Assembly (NCBI GenBank): GCA_010015585.1
Contig: ML975166.1
Source of the DNA: Eremomyces bilateralis CBS 781.70
Lineage: Eukaryota
Strand: one strand, 5' to 3'
DNA: 59,090 bases
How positions within the stretch are numbered: position 1 is the first letter of the stretch; every line of letters starts with the position of its first letter. Positions 47,504-59,090 of this stretch are shown here, piece after piece. Made by a program: the position numbers and the translations under genes. The notes beneath the pieces were generated by a model. It did no database searches. It saw nothing but the letters and a program-made list of their open reading frames with translations, and was not told the origin of the DNA.

Positions 47504-48399
47504 TATGGAATCTTGTGCCATCTAGTACGATGCCTGGAGCATTGGACAACCCATCACTTGTCACGGCCCTGTTATCTTATTAAACCCGGTGCCATCCTTC
47601 CCTTCTCACCTTGATCGATATGGATCATTGCCCGACCGATTTATGACCATCACTGGAGTTGCATGATGTGGAGTTAGGATGATATCTTTCTCACAGCACT
47701 TATGTGTATAGGCAAGCTACACAGGGATCGATATGGCGAGGACGATCAGGGCATCCAAGAGGTTGTTGCTGAAGCCGAAAGCCAACGAAGGCGGAAAAAG
47801 CGGAAAACAAATCATCACCTGAGCAATGGGATTTCTGCATCTACATCTACACGTACACCCGCGATGATCGATACACATGCTGCCAACAATATCCCGGTCA
47901 AGCCTGACCTCACATCCCCTTCCAATCAACAATCCTGGCATTCTCCATGGGCAGCATGGGCGCAGCGGCTGTAAAGGAGTTTGAATTATACACCGTCGAT
48001 GTGGGTGGCGGCTTCGATTTCAGCAGTCTGACCATACCCACCTAGTCTGCTTGAGACTTTCAGAGACGGCAGATATGTCATGAATGTGGATTCTCGGGAC
48101 ACAGGCCGAAGGGAAAGGGCATATGGATGGAGCAATCAAACAGAATACGTCATCAAATTGAATCCAATCATTCCGTTCAATCAAATAGTCTGACCAAGTT
48201 CATCTTTCTCATTATTGACATCGCTTGGCTGCTCTGCTCGCCATGGCCAGTAAACAATCCGAATCTAAAACAAATCCATTGGGGTATCATTTTTGCTGTC
48301 TATTCAACAACGTTTCCCCCATGCCAAATTGGTGACGCCACGCTTCCAAAGCACAATGCAGATATTTCAGTCCGAGGTTAACAATGCTTGGTGCTACCG

Positions 48400-49373
48400 C
48401 TATACCTTGCTCATGCTGATAGCCTCCAGGTATTGCTCTCGAGTCATGGAAGCATGGAGTGCTTCGCTTTTGCTTGAAGATTCGATGACTGTGGATTCCT
48501 GATACGCATTCGCAGTCTCCTCGCTCTCCTCATCATGGAGGATGAGATCTTGCCAATCTTCCTCTTGTGCACGCTGGAGAAGCGCCTTGGAATTGGCGGA
48601 GTTGAACGGGTCATTATCCTCGTCGGTAGATTTCATAACTTGTTGCACGGCACGCGGTTGCTGTTGCTGACGAGGCTCATCGGCTTCGCGTTCTCGGCGA
48701 CGATGGAGGTTTTCCATTCTTTGCTTTGCGTCAAGGTGGTGGAATTGTGGTCTCATCTGGATGATGCCGGACACGGGCGTAAGATGCAGTTCCCCTGTAA
48801 GAATTAGCCCGAGATCGACCGTGGGAAACATCGGGGTTTCTTACGTCCTTGAACATTCCCAAGCATGTAGTGAGGCATTCCTAGATCCTGCTTCAAGATC
48901 TGACCCCCAACCACCATCTTGTTCATCACCTCACCACGGGCCTCCGATGTAGCAAAACGCTCCAACCGGTCCATGATCAATGTTTCACGGTCTTCACCAT
49001 CGGCTTCTTTGTGGACCACGGCCCCTGTGCCTTTACTTCCGAGGCCGGAGGATGGTCCGAATGATGCGAAACCCTCCTCTTTCGACTCGTGAACTGCATG
49101 ACCCCATCTCACACCTTTCTCGCGATCGAAGTTGGAGTGGGTACCCACGGAGAGGTCAATTTCTATGAATCCAGACTTCGGCTTGACTCTTATGGCTAGA
49201 GGTTGCTGGTTCGTGACATCGTAAGGTTTTTCTTTGGGTCGATTCGGATATTGTAGCATGTAGATGTTACTCGATGTCGAGACGGTTGGTTTGATGAAGA
49301 TGTCATATTCTGCAACGACTGGATCCTCATCTTCGATATTCGACCCCTCGATTGGGTCCTCTGGTACTGCCAT
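48400..49373 (-). CDS. RPC37: RNA polymerase III subunit Rpc37/RPC5; one intron
   Basis: EDPVVAEYDIF; Y.LQYP.R; R.KP.SG.IE.D; YMLG....ELHLTPV..I.QMRPQFHHLDA. Confidence 0.85.
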
Positions 49374-49728
49374 TGCTGTTATCGAAACAATCCAAAGATG
49401 CAAATATATTGGTGTTGTGTAAGTGTGGTGAAGGTCAATGTAAAATGGAAATTCTTCGAGCCCCGCTGAAAGATCCATGCCCTCCTCCATGTTTGATAAT
49501 ATCGCGAGGGTCCAGAGCTACGACTAACTTCATTCGCCTGCGTCATCCAAAAGCTGCGACTAATTCCCATCGCACGAACCTATTGCATATCTCCCTTCAG
49601 ACTCTTCGACGGAAATTTGATTTGAGGCAACCCCATCGTCAAATTGGACAGCTGGTCGCTCATGGAATAGGGCCGCAGCCTGACTTCCGACCGCTCCGGA
49701 CCTCTCCCCACAAGGGATCTTCCTCACC

Positions 49729-52700
49729 ATGGCATATATTGCTCCAATACACAGGCCGAGCAGCGTGAGACATGCTCTGAAGTTGAACTTTATTGATCCA
49801 GAAGAGGAAGTTCTGGTTGTCGCGTATGGAGCCTATGTCCGCATGCTTATAATAGTTCCTGACGGGAGGTAGCAAGTCGAACCGACTCGAGTTTCATTCC
49901 ATCTCCGAAGATGGCCTCTCCCTACGGCATTCGAGTTCTCTATACGGCCGTGTACGAATGCTACAGAAGATTCGACCGCCGACATCCACCACCGATCACC
50001 TTTTCGTAGGCACCGATAGGTACATGTACTTTGTGCTGTCATGGAATGCAGAGACACAGCAGCTTCAAACCGAAAAGAGCTTTGAGGATCTAGCAGAGAA
50101 GGGAGCTCGTGATAGTCAGTTTGGCGATCGATGTCATATCAACCCGAGCGGAGAATTTATGACATTGGAGCTGTACGAAGGCATGATCACCGTCTTGCCC
50201 ATCGTACCACCGAAGAAGGGCATTGCCGAATCCGAAATCGGGACGCTCGGTGAAGCAATACAATGCAGAATACCGGAAATGAGCGTTTGTTCGTCAACAT
50301 TTCTATATACTGCACGACAGGGTCCGAAAAATCCACCGAAACTCGCCATGCTCTACGAAGACCTGCAAGAGGACCGTAAGGTCGTGGTCAAGAACCTATG
50401 GTATACACCCGCCTTGGGTAGAGACGACGTGGGGTCGGTCGAATGCAACTTTGGAGATAATGAGGCGCAACCGGCTCATTATTACGATCGAGTGGAGAGT
50501 AGACCCCGGGTGGAACCACAATCCAGTCACCTTCTACCGGTTTCCCTTCCCCCCTATGGGATGCTGGTGCTCGGGCAGGCTTCCATCACCTGGATCAACG
50601 ATACGAACATGCACTCCGAAACCGAACCTTTAGTGGAACCGACCATATGGCTCAGCTGGGAGCAAATCGATTCACAACGCTATATTTTGGCAGACGAGTA
50701 TGGGCGAATGTACATGCTCATGCTCCTGGTACAATCCGACTCGATTTCCTGGAAGTTGGAGAAGATTGGTCAAACCAGCCGAGCATCCACTTTGGTGTAT
50801 CTCGACTCTGGTTTATTGTTCATCGGATCGCACGAAGGCGACTCTCAAGTGATCCAGATTCTAGAAGGATCCATCCAGGTGGTCCAAACCTTTGCCAATA
50901 TCGCCCCGGTTCTCGATTTCCAGATTATGGATCTAGGGAACCGTGCCGAAGGTCAGATGAACGAATTCTCCTCTGGTCAAGCACGTCTTGTGGCTGGAAG
51001 TGGTGCATGGAATGGTGGGAAGCTCTGCAGTGTTCGAAGTGGAGTCGGGATGGAAGATCTTGCCGTCCTCCCGGATGTTGATCAGCCCACCGCCGTCTTT
51101 GCACTCAAATCTAAGCTTGGAGAGTATGTGGATACCCTCCTAATCACTTACTTGACGGAGAGCCGCGTGTTCTTTTTCGAGGATGATGGGGAAGTCAGTG
51201 AAGGAGACGATTTCAAGGGCCTTGAGCTTTCTACCGCCACCCTCCTTGCTCGAAATGTCGGTGACCGGATTATACAAGTCACGAACGACTCCATCCGGAT
51301 CAACGATATTGATAGTGGTATGGTCACCTCGACATGGGCTCCTCCGGAGAATAAAAAGATCATTGCTACCTCGGCCAACGATACTCACATTGCCGTCTCG
51401 GTATCGGGAACCACTCTCTATATTTTTTCCATCGACACGCTCTCCATCCAGAGTCAGAAAGAATTCCCTCCCGAGTCACAGATTGCGTGCCTATCTCTCT
51501 CTCCTCTCCTTCCTGACATTATTTGTCTTGGGTTCTGGGGAACTGGGTGCCTATCAATCCTTCGGACGAGAGATCTATCCCCTGTGAAAGTCATCCCTCT
51601 AGAAGATCGAGTCGTGGATACTTCTCCGATTCCACGATCCGTGCTCATTGCGAAACTTGGACCGTCTCATGACCCGACGCTCTTTGTGTCCTTGAGCTCC
51701 GGTTTGGTCATTTCGTATTCCATTTCCATCGTATGCGATTTCACAAATCGAAAGTCCGTCATACTCGGTACTCAAGCAGCGTCTTTTACTTCAATCCAAA
51801 GACGATTACGAGGGGAGTCGTCAGTTGAAAGCGTGTTCGCATTGGCAGATCAGCCTTCCCTTATCTATGCAGAGTTGGATGAAAGTTCGAGGCAGTCCGA
51901 ACCCCGACTTATATTCAGTGCAGTCACAGCATCCACTGCGAGCGCGATCACTCCGTTTAATTGCGCGGCATATCCTTCCGCTGTTGCCATCGCGACCGAT
52001 GGAGAAGTTCGGATTTCTCTTGTTGAATCATCACGATCAACCCATGTGCAATCACTTCGAATTTCCGAAACCGTTCGTCGGGTCGGTTATTGTTCGGATC
52101 GAAGGCTATTCGCCATTGGCATCATTGGTCGACAGATCGTGGAGAATGTCGAAGAGATGAGCAGTCGAATCGCTCTTGTCGATGATTCCCTATTCAATGA
52201 GCTCGACTCGTTCAAACTTAAGGGCGAGGAACTGGTCGAATCCGTGACATGGGCGACCCTTCCGGACGGAGGATCTGGAGAACAAGAGTTCTGCTTCGTC
52301 GGGACTAGCTTCCTTGAGAATGATCCCAACAATGAAGATTCTCGTGGAAGAATCATTGTCTTGGAATGTACACAGGATCGAGTCTTCAAAAAGGTCGCCG
52401 AAGTAGCACTGCGAGCACCATGCCGATGTCTAGTCGCCTGGCATAACGGGGTAGCAGCTGGTCTACTCAAGGCGGTGACTCTCTTCAATCTTCAATATAG
52501 CAGCGAAGGTCGACCGAAGCTTGTGAAACAGGCAAGTTACCGTACTGCAACTGCTCCTATAGATATGGCCGTCCATAATCGATCCGGAAAATTGGTTGTT
52601 GCCGATTTGATGAAATCCATTGCTGTCCTCCAGTTCATTCCAGGAAGGGTTGGCATGCCGGATCGACTCGAAGAAATCGCGAGACATGATCAGACTTTGT

Positions 52701-53270
52701 GGAGTACTGCCGTTGCTGCTGTGGGAGAGAATCATTGGCTAGAGGCTGATGCAGAAGGAAATCTGTTCCTCTTGGAACGGGATCCAGCCACTGAATTGGA
52801 GCTGGAGATGAAGAAGATCCGTATCAGCGCAGAGATTCGACTGGGTGAGATGGTGAATAAGATCCGATCGATTGATATTGGTGAAAGGGGGGGCGTGGTG
52901 GTGCCAAAAGCTTTTGCAGCGACGGTAAGTTTATTGGAGATGTAGAAATGATGGCACTAATCCTTGACAGGCGGACGGTTCCATCTACCTCCTCGCCCTG
53001 ATTCAGCCCAGTATGCAAAACCTTTTGATGCAGCTTCAGGACAATCTTGCAGAGCTGGTGAAGAGTCCAGGATATGTTCCTTTCATGCGATATCGAGCAG
53101 TGAAGACTCAAGTGAGAGAGGAGGAGAGGCCCATGAGGTTTGTTGATGGCGATATGATTGAGCGGTTCATGGATTGCTCTAAAGAGATCCAACAGAAGGC
53201 AATTCAAGGCCTTTCTGTTGATGTCGAGACAGTGCAGGCCATTATAGAGACATTGAGGAGGCTGCACTAG
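49729..53270 (+). CDS. DDB1: DNA damage-binding protein 1 (CRL4 adaptor); introns at ~49824-49872 and 52925-52970
   Basis: MAYIAPIH.PS.V; L.D..G.L..L.L; YLD.G..FIGS..GDSQ; N.AP..DF; GQA..V..SG....G.L..VRSGVG; DLMKS; FVDGD.IE.F; terminal L.RLH*. Confidence 0.92.
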
Positions 53271-53945
53271 TCGGTCGACTTGTCAGTCTTCATCTAGACC
53301 TACACGATAAGAAGAATATTTTCCAGATCAGATGTCTGTTTTCATGATCCCTTCATACGTGAATGGCTCTTCTCATCTTCTGAGTCTTAATCCATTTGGC
53401 ATTCTTTTCTTGACACCCTATGACCCGGAAGTCCTCCGACATGCTCTACCTTTACCATTGGACTCTGGCCGTTGGGATCTGGCCAAGATTTGAAGTTTGG
53501 TTATCGCATCATGTTACAGGATGAATCAAAAGTCTCGACCCAAGTATACATCTTGTGGCGAGCCCCAGCATTCGTTTGCAGGAAATGAGTAACTGACCAC
53601 CTCACTGAACACATGGTCCGTCCTGATGATACCGGAGTAGTACGTAGTCGACTTAGTGAATTGCGTTCTCTGTATATGAACGATACCACTGGAGGTTTAA
53701 ATATTTAAGAACCATAAATACCGTTGACGAAAACTAGAAAACCCTGAGTTCGTGAATTATTCTTGATCCAATATGGTACTTTGTTGTTCGGGTAACATAG
53801 AAATTTGAATCCCTGTGAACTCACGATCATTGACCAAGCACATCCCAGTTCCTTGCTCGCTTGGTCATAATGACTCGCATTGATTTCCCAACCTCTATCA
53901 GGTGATAACTTTTTTAAACTCGCTTCCTTTGCACAGAAATCGTTG

Positions 53946-55024
53946 ATGAGTCTGCCGAAATATACGACCAATTTCCCAAGAGCGCTGTGCTTTAATAAAC
54001 CACTTCTAAGGCGTCCCTATCTCGTTCTCAGAGCCCCGCCATTCCGTTCGACACGCCGCATCTCAACTTCGAAACCTCCGATGGCGGCTGCAGCTGTTTC
54101 TGCTGTTGAGCAGGCGAAGCGGTTGGCTGCCGTTCAAGCCGTTTCTGAACACTTCTCTACCAATTTCAAATATGTTGGAATAGGCTCCGGAAGTACGGTC
54201 AAATACGTCGTCGAAGCAATCGCTGCATCACTTGCTAAAGCCTTCCCGGCCGCGTCGACACGGCCTTCCGATACACGGAGCACAAGCGCTACGAGCGCAT
54301 ACGATATTCAATTCGTTCCCACTGGATATCAGAGCAGACAAAGCATCCTCGATTGCGGATTGACCCCTCTCCTCTTCGATCATCTACCGAACGACGTCAT
54401 CCTAGACGTTGCCTTTGACGGTGCTGATGAGGTGGATGATGACTTGAATTGCATAAAGGGTGGAGGGGCATGCTTGTTTCAGGAGAAGTTGGTGATAGAG
54501 AAAGCAAAGAAGTTCGTCTGTGTCGCAGGTATGAACCCATGGTGGAATTTCCGCCAATTGCTAATTGTGGTCTAGATTATCGCAAGGCTCAGAGCAGGCT
54601 CTTGACCGTCTGGCCTTCAATCCCAATCGAGGTCGCTCCAATTGCTTCCCACATTGTCTTGATGGCGTTGGAAAACCTGGGTTCAGTAAAGCCTGCTGTT
54701 CGAGCCGGAGTCCCGGCGAAGTCAGGACCACTCAGGACCGATCAGGCTTTCTATATCATCGACGCTCCTTTCCCCACCCTGCTACTTCGGTCCGATATCC
54801 AGGGACCAGATGATGGGAATGGGAAGAATGGACGATGGGAGGTTTCAAGATTGTCAGAAGCGATCAAGAACATCACGGGTGTCCTAGAGGTCGGCATTTT
54901 CAGCGGATATGACGGTTACGAGACGGAGAAACTTGGCCTAGGGAAAGGCGGTCAGAAACCTGTTGCGGTATATTTTGGCATGCAAGATGGGACCGTCACC
55001 ATCCGAATGTCAAAGAACAGGTAG
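53946..55024 (+). CDS. RKI1: Ribose-5-phosphate isomerase A; intron 54529-54575; alternative starts at 53946 and 54081
   Basis: [72 protein letters not shown]. Confidence 0.95.
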
Positions 55025-56455
55025 GCATCACCATGATTAATGAAACTATGAATAGACGTTAGCGGGAATTGGACCTTAATTCGCATAGTCCTCAATAGAC
55101 AAGAATTGTTCATCATCATCCAGTGTCAACTCCAAAGCCACGGACTCCCTCTTCCTTGAAAGAAGTGGCAGGTTCCCAGAAACACAAATTCCCAATAGAC
55201 CCATGCTCGACAGAGTTCACCTATTTGTAACGAATCTTCTGGTGATGATTCTCCATTATACACAGCTTAGTCCCCCCGACACCCGATCCAGACCTTCGTT
55301 CGTACTGATATTTCCCTTTCGCAGTGTCTGGATCATTTCATTCTTTAGCGTAAATGTTTGCTGTCCGAGGCAATCCATCTCCACTTCCAAAACGATGCTC
55401 TTCAGTGCCTCACGTCTATCGGGAAGTTTCAAAGCAACTTGGGGTTTTCTGGCAAAATTCTTTGGGTTAGTTCGTGTAGCCTAGACCTCTGGTAGTTATC
55501 CGTCCACAATAGAATTGATCTTGATGATACAACCAACTCATCGCATTGATACAATAGTCGAAAAATCAACAGTCCAGTCATATTGTCCAATTACCCCAGC
55601 AATCGGATCAAGAGTGCATGAGTACGGACGGAAGCGAAGGCAAGGACTGGAATGAAGCAGAGAGAGACGAGTATCCCGCGTATTATCAGTGTCAAAGGAC
55701 TCCATGTTCAACTTCTGTCTAAATGCCTTCCTGACTTCTTGCCTCTTTGATGCGGAGCAAGTCGGATATTACGAACTGCTGCCATTGTCGCTACATGGGC
55801 CTCCGGTGCGGCTCCAAATGTCCACCAGCCAATGCCTTCAGTCATAATGCCAATGGAGTCTCCTATAGAGAACAATATGCTATTAACTATCAAGCACTGT
55901 TTCGACGTACTCTTCTAAGGGCCATCGAAATGAGCTTCTATCTCATTCTTCCTAAACCGGAGACACATAATAGACCCGTACTTCCATCCTAATATCTCAA
56001 ATTTTTTGGCATCCATAGGAATAACTAACTCACAATCGCAATTGAAGAGTACAAAACTTGAAGAAAGAGTTCGCGGGTTGAGAATGAAGCAAACAAATAG
56101 ATTCGTATGCGGTCGTATGTCAATGCTCTGATTCGATTGTGACGTCACTGAATAGAAAAACGTGCGGAAGACGGATTCGATATAGTAATGAACTGAATAA
56201 TATAACTATCGAACAAGGACACTAGTCATTTGAGACCAATAGGTTCATAGAGTCACAACAATCGTCCACTTCCATCCGACGGGGACACTACCCTGCCGCC
56301 TGAGTAGTCCTGGAAACCGGGTGTTAGGGCTGAATATCAAATTGCCACAAAGGTGTGGGCCATCATCAAGAAAACCTCAGCCCCAGAATCCTATCCTGAT
56401 TGCCCTGGGCCTCCAAATTTATCCAAGGTGTCACGCCCAGGTCCGCCATGGTCTA

Positions 56456-57531
56456 TCATGCCCACTTCCCAAGTAAGCTCATGATTCCCATACCAAACAC
56501 TAGCGCAAGCAATGCCGCCAGTGTCGTCGGCAGACCAGCCCGCTCTAGCCGCCCGCCATGTATCCAGCCCCTAGCCCACATCTCCACGAAGGCTACCCAA
56601 GCTAAAATTCCTGCGGATAATACGTCTAAAGTACCGATGGCTATGACAGCGGATTTGTCATTACCATTGAAGAGACTTAGGACGCCAATGCCAATGCCCT
56701 GATGAACAGTCAAATCAGTCAAATCAGTCAACCCAGGAATTAAGACTTGGCTAGGTGAGGGGTAAACCGGGATGGGGATGGATACCATGCCAATTGGAGT
56801 GATGACAGCAAATATTCCAGCTAAGATTAACTTCTTCATAAAAGATAATTTAGTGTTTGGGATACCAGAGAAGACTGTGCCGAGAGCCACCCCTTCAAAC
56901 ATTTGATGGAAGGCGATTACGGCAAACAAGGTACGAAAGAATGAATCATCGGCCACGACACACGTAAGTCCAATGACTATGCTACTTAGCTCCACTTCTC
57001 ACAATCTCTAGATATGGGTAGAACGTACGCAAAGAATGGAATACGATTCCTGCCTCTAGGACTCCAGCGCTGACAGCGTCTGAAGGTGGCTGATGAACTC
57101 AAATTTGAGGTACCATTCGCGGAATCGCCATCGCTTCCTTGATGTGGACTCGAATTTGAGCTGCCATGTGCGGAGTCACCATCGTTTCCTTATTCTGCGA
57201 TGCTGACTTCGCCACCGAAGGGGTCGAGGCAATATGTATCTGCGCCGTGTGCATGACATCCGGTGTATGACGCTGGAAGGGCTGAGTGCCAGTCGCGGTT
57301 ACCTAGACCTGGAACTCTGTGATACCAGCCATACAAAATCTACGAGTCAATTAGTAGTTTGTATCCTGTCACTGGAAATGATACCACGAACTGTGTAGCA
57401 CCATGCATATGGCATTCTGAAATTGCAGTAACGACCTGTGCCGAAGATGTAGCCTCTGTTGCTGTGGTCAAGGTCTGCCCGAAAGCAGTCCCAACTAGGA
57501 ACAGCCCAGGAGCACTTCTTCCAAGTAACAT
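56456..57531 (-). pseudogene. zrfC: Disrupted ZIP zinc transporter of the ZrfC/Zrt1 type
   Basis: Signal-peptide-like start, CHMHG and CHAHG motifs; TM4-8 intact (LEAGIVFHS..IGLT, FHQMFEG.ALG, TPIGM.IGIG, SAGIL, MSLLGKWA). In-frame stops at 57303-57305 and 57190-57192, frame changes, and no room for TM1-3. Confidence 0.8.
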
Positions 57532-57834
57532 TGCAACTATTAAACAAGCGACTAGCAGTCGTAGGCGAACAATTTGTGAGAGAACAATAATTTCTTAGTG
57601 GGGAGCACTAGAAGAAAGACGTGGACACTGAATGATAGAAACTTAAAGGAAAGTATTCAACAGTTGAACTCTTAAAGCAGTAAAATTCCACGGCAGCAAC
57701 GGTTCCGTAAACTCTTCCAGTTCTTATATAGCGAAAAGATTAGGATAGCGTTGTCACGGAATCATGACCCTGTCCTACTGGTGAATATTCTCCTCTACTG
57801 GAGCAGCTGTTATCAAGCTGATTCGTATTTCTAG

Positions 57835-58453
57835 CGGACGTATTGCTCGGCTCCCGGGCCGGCCATTGGCGTGGAGCCAACGCAACCCAAGAATCTGTCA
57901 TCTGCCCTCTCTCCTGCCTCAATAGACTCCCTCTCGAAACAGTGTGCGGGAGAGGCTATACCGTAGCTGCATCTCCACTAAATACTTACTTTGCTGTCGA
58001 CCTTCTACACCGGCTCTTCCACGCCCCCCAGATCAACGAGGATACCATCAGTCGTTACTCGGAAAACTATACTGATGCACGGGTTCTAGCTCGAAGTGGC
58101 CCTACCAAGTCAGCGAGGGACAGCGAGGCCTTACAGCTGTTTGCCATTGACATTTATGCGTATGATGTTGCGGTACCGGGCGCCGGGTGTTCTGGGGATA
58201 ATGTTGCAAAGCGTATTGCCAGCTCTATGTTAGAAGCTCTCAGTAGTACCGCTCCATCCACAGCCGTTGGCAATATACCAGTGGAATCAGTGCCTCTGGG
58301 GACGAACCGTCCGCCAGGGTCGCAACATGAAGGGACGCCTACCAATGCTGCGGTAAGATATGCCCTCTGAATTGCACCAGGACTATGGCTAAATAATGTT
58401 AGGCGGCCTGTCACACCCATGCTGACGGAGTTGTTCATTGCGGATCCGATTGA
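57835..58453 (+). pseudogene. aspf2: 5'-truncated Aspf2/Pra1 zincophore gene; intron 58353-58402
   Basis: AGHWRG.NAT.E.VIC.LS; DLLHRLFH (HRxxH); RDSEALQ.FA.D.YAYD.AVPG.GC.G; spliced terminal CHTHADGVVHC. No ATG, signal peptide or N-terminal third found upstream. Confidence 0.82.
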
Positions 58454-58495
58454 TGACAATTCGCCAGAGGCGAGAGCTGCAGTTGTAGTCATAGA

Positions 58496-58640
58496 TAGAG
58501 CTCCGAAATGAATAAATGAATACGAATATGGCCCTTATTCATATTCGCTCTTCACGAATATGAATAATATGAATATTATTCATATGAATATGCCCAATAT
58601 TCATATTCATATTCGTATTCATATTTATTCATATATCTCT
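58496..58640. mobile_element. hAT-like terminus or MITE with GAATA(T) subterminal repeats
   Basis: Begins TAGAGCTCCG; dense GAATAT/ATATTC repeats arranged as an imperfect inverted repeat (GAATAAATGAATACGAATATG ... CATATTCGTATTCATATTTATTC), similar in design to the hAT end at 180-329. Confidence 0.65.
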
Positions 58641-59090
58641 CCGGGAATTTGTTGTTCCGGGCCGACCCGTTTCCTCTTCCTATAGTTATATGCTATCGTC
58701 TTGCTTGTCAATAGACAGATTTCAGTCCAGTTCCTATGCCAGAGCATAGGCAGGTGTTTTTTGCGCTGCTTTGAGCCGTGCTGCGAATAGCCATGACTTT
58801 GGATCCCATATATCCCGTATGTCTAGGTACGGGGCCCTATTCAATTGCAGGTAGAGAGCGATTGAAAGATTGCCTCTCATTCCCAATATCATTTTTATTC
58901 AAATTTCTGCGCAAACAACCTCTCAAACGTCAACGCTGTCTAAATCCTCCAAAACCTATTGAATAACTATCAAATTTGCACTGGGAATAAGTTACATGAG
59001 TTGACACGTTAATGACGCGTCAAATCATGTACTCGACTATTGGTGATAGAGAATGGCGGTTTGTTTACTTGAAGCCGCGAATCCTGGATT

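Noticed and set aside
11901..53270. DNA-repair gene cluster (POL32, RAD18, DDB1)
   Set aside because: The genes are tens of kb apart among unrelated genes; compatible with chance.
55030..56450. Gene or RNA gene between RKI1 and the ZIP remnant
   Set aside because: No recognisable ORF, tRNA structure or repeat was seen.
329..58496. Whole window as cargo of a composite transposon or Starship bounded by the two hAT-like ends
   Set aside because: The termini differ in sequence and face away from the interval, the content is core housekeeping genes, and no tyrosine recombinase is visible.

Overview
Gene-dense, intron-containing genomic DNA from a filamentous ascomycete (Pezizomycotina-type genes; short GT-AG introns with CTRAY-like branch points). 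It carries about 19 apparently intact housekeeping genes: eIF4E, DJP1/CAJ1-type DnaJ, mitochondrial IleRS, UPF0183/PHAF1, POL32, URA2/pyrABCN, GCP4, FIG4, TRS85, CCA1, CHMP7, RAD18, YVH1, a class I GATase, gephyrin/CnxE, VMA16, TOA2, RPC37, DDB1 and RKI1. A hAT transposon 3' end sits at the left edge and a second hAT-like terminus near the right edge. Most notable: (1) the CCA-adding enzyme reads in frame, with no stop, into a Tti2-like (TTT/PIKK co-chaperone) domain, giving a ~973 aa fusion; (2) the URA2/CAD-like protein has cleanly lost its pseudo-dihydroorotase domain; (3) the divergent ZrfC/Zrt1-Aspf2/Pra1 zincophore locus is present but both genes look pseudogenised; (4) TFIIA-gamma has a candidate in-frame alternative last exon; (5) RKI1 and CCA1 have upstream in-frame ATGs adding mitochondrial-presequence-like extensions. 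All family calls come from motif recognition by eye, not database searches.
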